Shown: piece by piece, positions 58,457 through 64,000 of the stretch
Position numbering within the stretch: position 1 is the first letter of the stretch
Layout: the number at the start of each line of letters is the position of its first letter
The notes under the pieces: model-generated
The model's input: only the letters and a program-made list of their open reading frames with translations
Databases searched by the model: none
Told to the model about the DNA's origin: nothing
Position numbers and translations under genes: made by a program
Assembly: GCA_964016885.1 (NCBI GenBank)
Contig: OZ024740.1
Span: forward strand, 164,424,001 to 164,488,000
Direction of reading: 5' to 3'
Source: Eledone cirrhosa
Lineage: Eukaryota
Length of the DNA stretch: 64,000 nucleotides

Positions 58457-59480
58457 CAGATGCATACATATGCTAGCAAATATATAGGTTTTGTCTTAGT
58501 AACTTTGTGGTTCAATGCAAGGGGATGCAGAACAATTATATGAAAGACGTAAAATAAGAAAATTATAAAAATAAACTTACTAAAATTTCACTCCAACTAA
58601 TTAGTTTCTGAAAGGGAATAAACATGGTTTCCGAATGGGACACATGGAGAAGGCCTTTCGTCATCAGGAAGTCTGTTCTCAGCTAAGTTCCCAGGCAATG
58701 CGTGGACACAAGTAGGCAGTGATTTTTTCAATGTCTTGGAATTTAGTCCACGCTTGCTTTTTTCCATCCACTGAATTATTTTTGTATAAGTTCCCTGTGT
58801 CCACGCATTGCCTGGGAACTTAGCTGAGAATAGACTTCCTGATGACGAAAGGCCTTCTTCATGTGTTCCATTCGGAAACCATGTATATTCCCTTTCAGAA
58901 ACTAATTAATTGGAGTGAAATTTTAGTAAGTTAATTTTTATAATTTTCTTATTTTACGTCTTTCATATAATTGTTCTGCATCCCCTTGCATTGGACCACA
59001 AAGTTACTAATACAAAACCTATATATTTGTTAGCATAGGTATGCATCTGTATATATATGTTGGTAGATATACTAATTCTTTATAATTATCTCCAAATTAT
59101 TTTGTTGAGCGAAAATTTGCCAAAACTGCTACTATAGTTCATAGTAATAGTTCGGCTACTATCTTCTTAACACCCCACTCCTCACTGATTAACCTCGATG
59201 TCACGTGATTGATTCTTTTGAATTTGCCACCGACCAAGTAGGCAGTGATTTTTTCAATGCCTTGGAATTTAGTCGACGCTTGCTTTTTTCCATCCACTGA
59301 ATTATTTTTGTATAAGTTCCCTGTGTCCACGCATTGCCTGGGAACTTAGCTGAGAATAGACTTCCTGATGAAGAAAGGCCTTCTCCATGTGTTCCATTCG
59401 GAAACCATGTTTATTCCCTTTCAGAAACTAATTTTAGTAAGTAAGTTAATTTTTATAATTTTCTTATTTTACGTCTTTCA
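58457..59480 (+). mobile_element. Non-coding element: 526-nt unit, direct repeat and 254-bp inverted arm, three stem-II-less hammerhead-like cores
   Basis: 58457-58710 is inverted at 58796-59049, and 58709-58965 repeats at 59235-59480. CTGATGA-N-GAAA-GGCC-TTC at 58839, 59365 (+) and 58667 (-). Confidence 0.85.
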
Positions 59481-60984
<1,504 letters not shown>

Positions 60985-61033
60985 ATTATGTATATATGTA
61001 TATATATGTATATATATATATATATATATAGTG

Positions 61034-61222
61034 AGGTCGCGCGTGGCTGAGGAGTGGTAAGAGAATTGGATTCGCAATCATGAGGTTGTGATTTCGAGTC
61101 CTGGACCGAGCGATACCTTATGTCCTCGAGCGATGCGTTGTGTCCTTGAGCGATGCGTTATGTCCTTACACTGGAAACTTTGTCTGCATGACTCTGGGCA
61201 CGTATTTGGATAAGACACTATT
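61034..61222 (+). mobile_element. Second tRNA-derived SINE family with internal ~21-bp triplication
   Basis: tRNA-like head (GTGGCTGAG.AGTGGT, TTCGAGTCC), then three copies of gagcgatgcgttrtgtccty and later aagacact. Confidence 0.65.
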
Positions 61223-61467
61223 CTCCTGCTGATGCTGAGAAACTGAAATTTCCTTATTTGTCCTCCCGGCGCGGATTCCAAGAAGAATTCAGTGTCTCTT
61301 CCACAAATGTGGAGGTTCAAAATTATTCATAATCAATTATTCTGAAAATAAATAATGGAAATATATTCACTGTTTTTATGAAGAGAAGAGTGACAACGGA
61401 AGTAAAAAAAATTTGTATAAAATTAGCAGTTGAAAATTGCGAACAAATATCATCCTCACCCTGTATA

Positions 61468-62210
61468 TATATATTATAACTGAATATAAAAGAAAAACGA
61501 ACACAGACATATACATATATGTGTTCAAATCGTAAGGGACCAGATTTGAACACATATATGTATATATCTGTGTTCGTTTTTCTTTTATATTCAGTTATAA
61601 TATACGGCTTGGAAAAATCTCTTTCCTAGAGCTATTTTATTGTAAGAGACTATTTTGAGTTTCGAACTCAATATATACCTTTGATATATTCGGCTCCGTT
61701 AATTTTTAAGCTAATTCAAATGTCGAGTAAACCTGGCTGCTCTTTTTAGTGGTGTGAGTTTGTGAGACACGCTAAGTTCTGATACCATGTGATTTATTAT
61801 ATATACGCACACTATTCAGTTGTTTAATATACTTAGAAGTGGCCAGGATACCAATAATTCTTCATCCGCTGATGAGCAAGAATTGGTATTCCCCTTCACA
61901 ATTAATTTTGCGAAACAGCATTATCAAAGCTGTCCGAGTGATTGGTAGTTACCACAATTCCGGTTTGTATTTACTTTCTTGATTTATTCTTAAATTGAAT
62001 CTGGCAAACAGTATTGTCTATAGTTTTTGCCAGACTCACTATTGTCTATAGTTAGTATTTTTTTCACCTTAGCGAATCTGGTCCCTTACGATTTGAACAC
62101 ATACGTGTATATATCTGTGTTCGTTTTCCTTTTATATTCAGTTATAATATACGGCTCGGAAAAATTCAGTTATAATATACGGCTCGGAAAAATCTCCTAT
62201 TGTAGGAGAC
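61468..62210 (+). mobile_element. Non-coding hammerhead element: 547-nt unit with direct repeat and fold-back 5' end
   Basis: Palindrome 61468-61604. 61543-61621 repeats at 62090-62165. Canonical HHR at 61862-61941. Confidence 0.85.
61862..61941 (+). ncRNA. Canonical type-I hammerhead ribozyme
   Basis: TCATCCG-CTGATGA-GCAAGAATT..AATTTTGC-GAAA-CAGC attatcaaa GCTG-TC-CGAGTGA. Intact core, GUC site, stable helix III. Confidence 0.9.
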
Positions 62211-62250
<40 letters not shown>

Positions 62251-62537
62251 ATAGAAAACGAAAAATCAGTGATGCATTTGAACTCAATTTATTGTGAGTT
62301 ACAATTGTTTCGCCGGCGGCCAGCTCGAGACGCGTTCATTGTGTGGATTTGTCTGATTCTGGAGCCGCAGGTTCGACGGACACATCTAATGATTTCGGAG
62401 CATATTCTCTGTAAGAGCATAGAGTGCTCAACCGGCATACCGCCTATGGAAGCATCTTAGTTACCATCAGACACACACACACGCACGCACACACACACAC
62501 ACACACACACAGACACACGCACACACATACACACACA

Positions 62538-62632
<95 letters not shown>

Positions 62633-62662
62633 GTGAGATTTTTTTACAAAATGAAAACGAAC

Positions 62663-62943
62663 CGAGGTGTCCTACACAAGTGAAAGTATAAGGAAAAAAG
62701 ATGAAATCTAAAATGCAACTGGAGTCTTTTTTTTATAAAAATATATATTTATTTGGGTCCTTTACCGGTTTCGCAGTTCTTCTGCTTTTCAAAAGTAGAA
62801 TTGAGATGGAGGTTTTGTGGTTTTCTCACATCTACTTTTGAAAAGCAGAAGAACTGCGAAACCTGTAAAGGAACCAAATATGTATATATTTTTTATAAAA
62901 AAAGACTGCAGTTGCATTTTCGATTTCATCTTTTTTCCTTATA
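62663..62943. mobile_element. Second fold-back element of the TTGAAAA-hammerhead family
   Basis: Near-identical to 10404-10701 but with a different centre. HHRs at 62760-62795 (-) and 62835-62870 (+). Confidence 0.85.
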
Positions 62944-62974
62944 TATATATATATATATACACACACAAACACAC

Positions 62975-64000
62975 ACAGACATCCGATGGGCACGAAAGAA
63001 GCCCCCTCATACACCAACCTTGTCATGAGATATTTGAAAACCACTCTCTACTGCAAAGTTCTCGAAAAATACGGCAATGCCTTCTACCAACACATAGAAA
63101 AGAACTGGAAGAGATATCTGGACGACTGCTTCATCCTCTCCCATGAAAGTATAGATAGAGTGTTTGAGTTTAAAACCCTTCTGAATGGACTCAACACAAA
63201 CTTACAATTCACAATGGATTACAGCCATGAACAACTCCCTTTCCTCGACATCCTCAAGAAAAGAAACAACAAAATAGAAACAGACATATACTACAAACCC
63301 ACAGACTCCAAACAATACCTCCCATTCAACTCGTGCTACTCTAGTCACACCCAAATGGCAATTCCTTATAACCTAGCCAGAAGGATCTGCACAATAGTTT
63401 CAGATAAATCCACATGCTACACACGACTAGAAGAATTAAAAACACACTTATCAGCAGAAACTACCCACCATCCCTAATCAACAATGGATTCCAACGTGCC
63501 CTAAAACTCGACATAAAGGAACTCAGACACCCCAAACCCAGGAATGAACCGCAACAAAAACCTCTACCATACATCTCCACACACAACCCCCTCAACAATG
63601 AGGCATTCGACACCATCCTCCAGAACATTCCTTTACTAAAAAGAGACCCAAGAATGAACAAAATCCTCCAAACACACAACATCATAAAGAGCAAAAGACA
63701 ACCTAAATCCATAAAAAACATCCTCACACAAGCCAAAATCCAACGAACCCTTACAATAAACCCTACAGTAAGGCCCAACTGTGGCATATGCATAAATCTA
63801 ATAGAAGGTTCAACATTCCATTTTAAACAAGGACAACATTTCACAGTTAAACACAACTTTACATGTGCATCTGAAAACCTAATCTATGTGTTGACCTGCT
63901 CAGGTTGTCTGACTACATAGGACAGACAAAAAACAGCCTCCGTCCACGTATGGCCGTCCATAAATCATAAATTAAAATACAGGAATACAGAAAAATTGCA
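62975..64000 (+). mobile_element. 5'-truncated Penelope-like element (Neptune-like), running off the window end
   Basis: MGTKEAPSYTNL, WKRYLDDCF, LPFLD, YYKPTDSKQYLPFNS, IPYNLARRI, FTCASENLIYVLTC..C..YIGQT. Confidence 0.9.

Noticed and set aside
61107-61170. Short ~21-bp repeats as a CRISPR-like array
   Set aside because: Contiguous tandem repeats without spacers, inside a SINE, in eukaryotic DNA.

Overview
AT-rich, microsatellite-saturated animal intergenic or intronic DNA. The abundant tRNA-derived SINE resembles octopod cephalopod SINEs, so the host assignment is an inference. I found no host protein-coding exon, and the many YI/CV/HT ORFs are microsatellite translations. The window is a mosaic of decayed retroelements: four Penelope-like elements (PLE; RT + GIY-YIG), three Tx1/L1-clade LINEs, four R4/Dong-like fragments, RTE-like fragments, mariner remnants, a hAT-type MITE, a non-autonomous Helitron and about 10 SINEs. 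The main result is about 20 near-complete type-I hammerhead ribozyme (HHR) motifs from roughly 11 unrelated sequence families, all read by eye. Some lie in the pseudo-LTRs of autonomous-type PLEs. Most lie in small non-coding elements next to (TA)n tracts, built as a 420-550 nt unit with a partial direct repeat and/or a fold-back inverted arm. These look like retrozyme-like, possibly circular-RNA-derived PLE parasites. Several ribozymes are atypical: very long stem II, no stem II, CAGAAGA core, or U3-A8 core. Folds were assigned manually and no activity is demonstrated.
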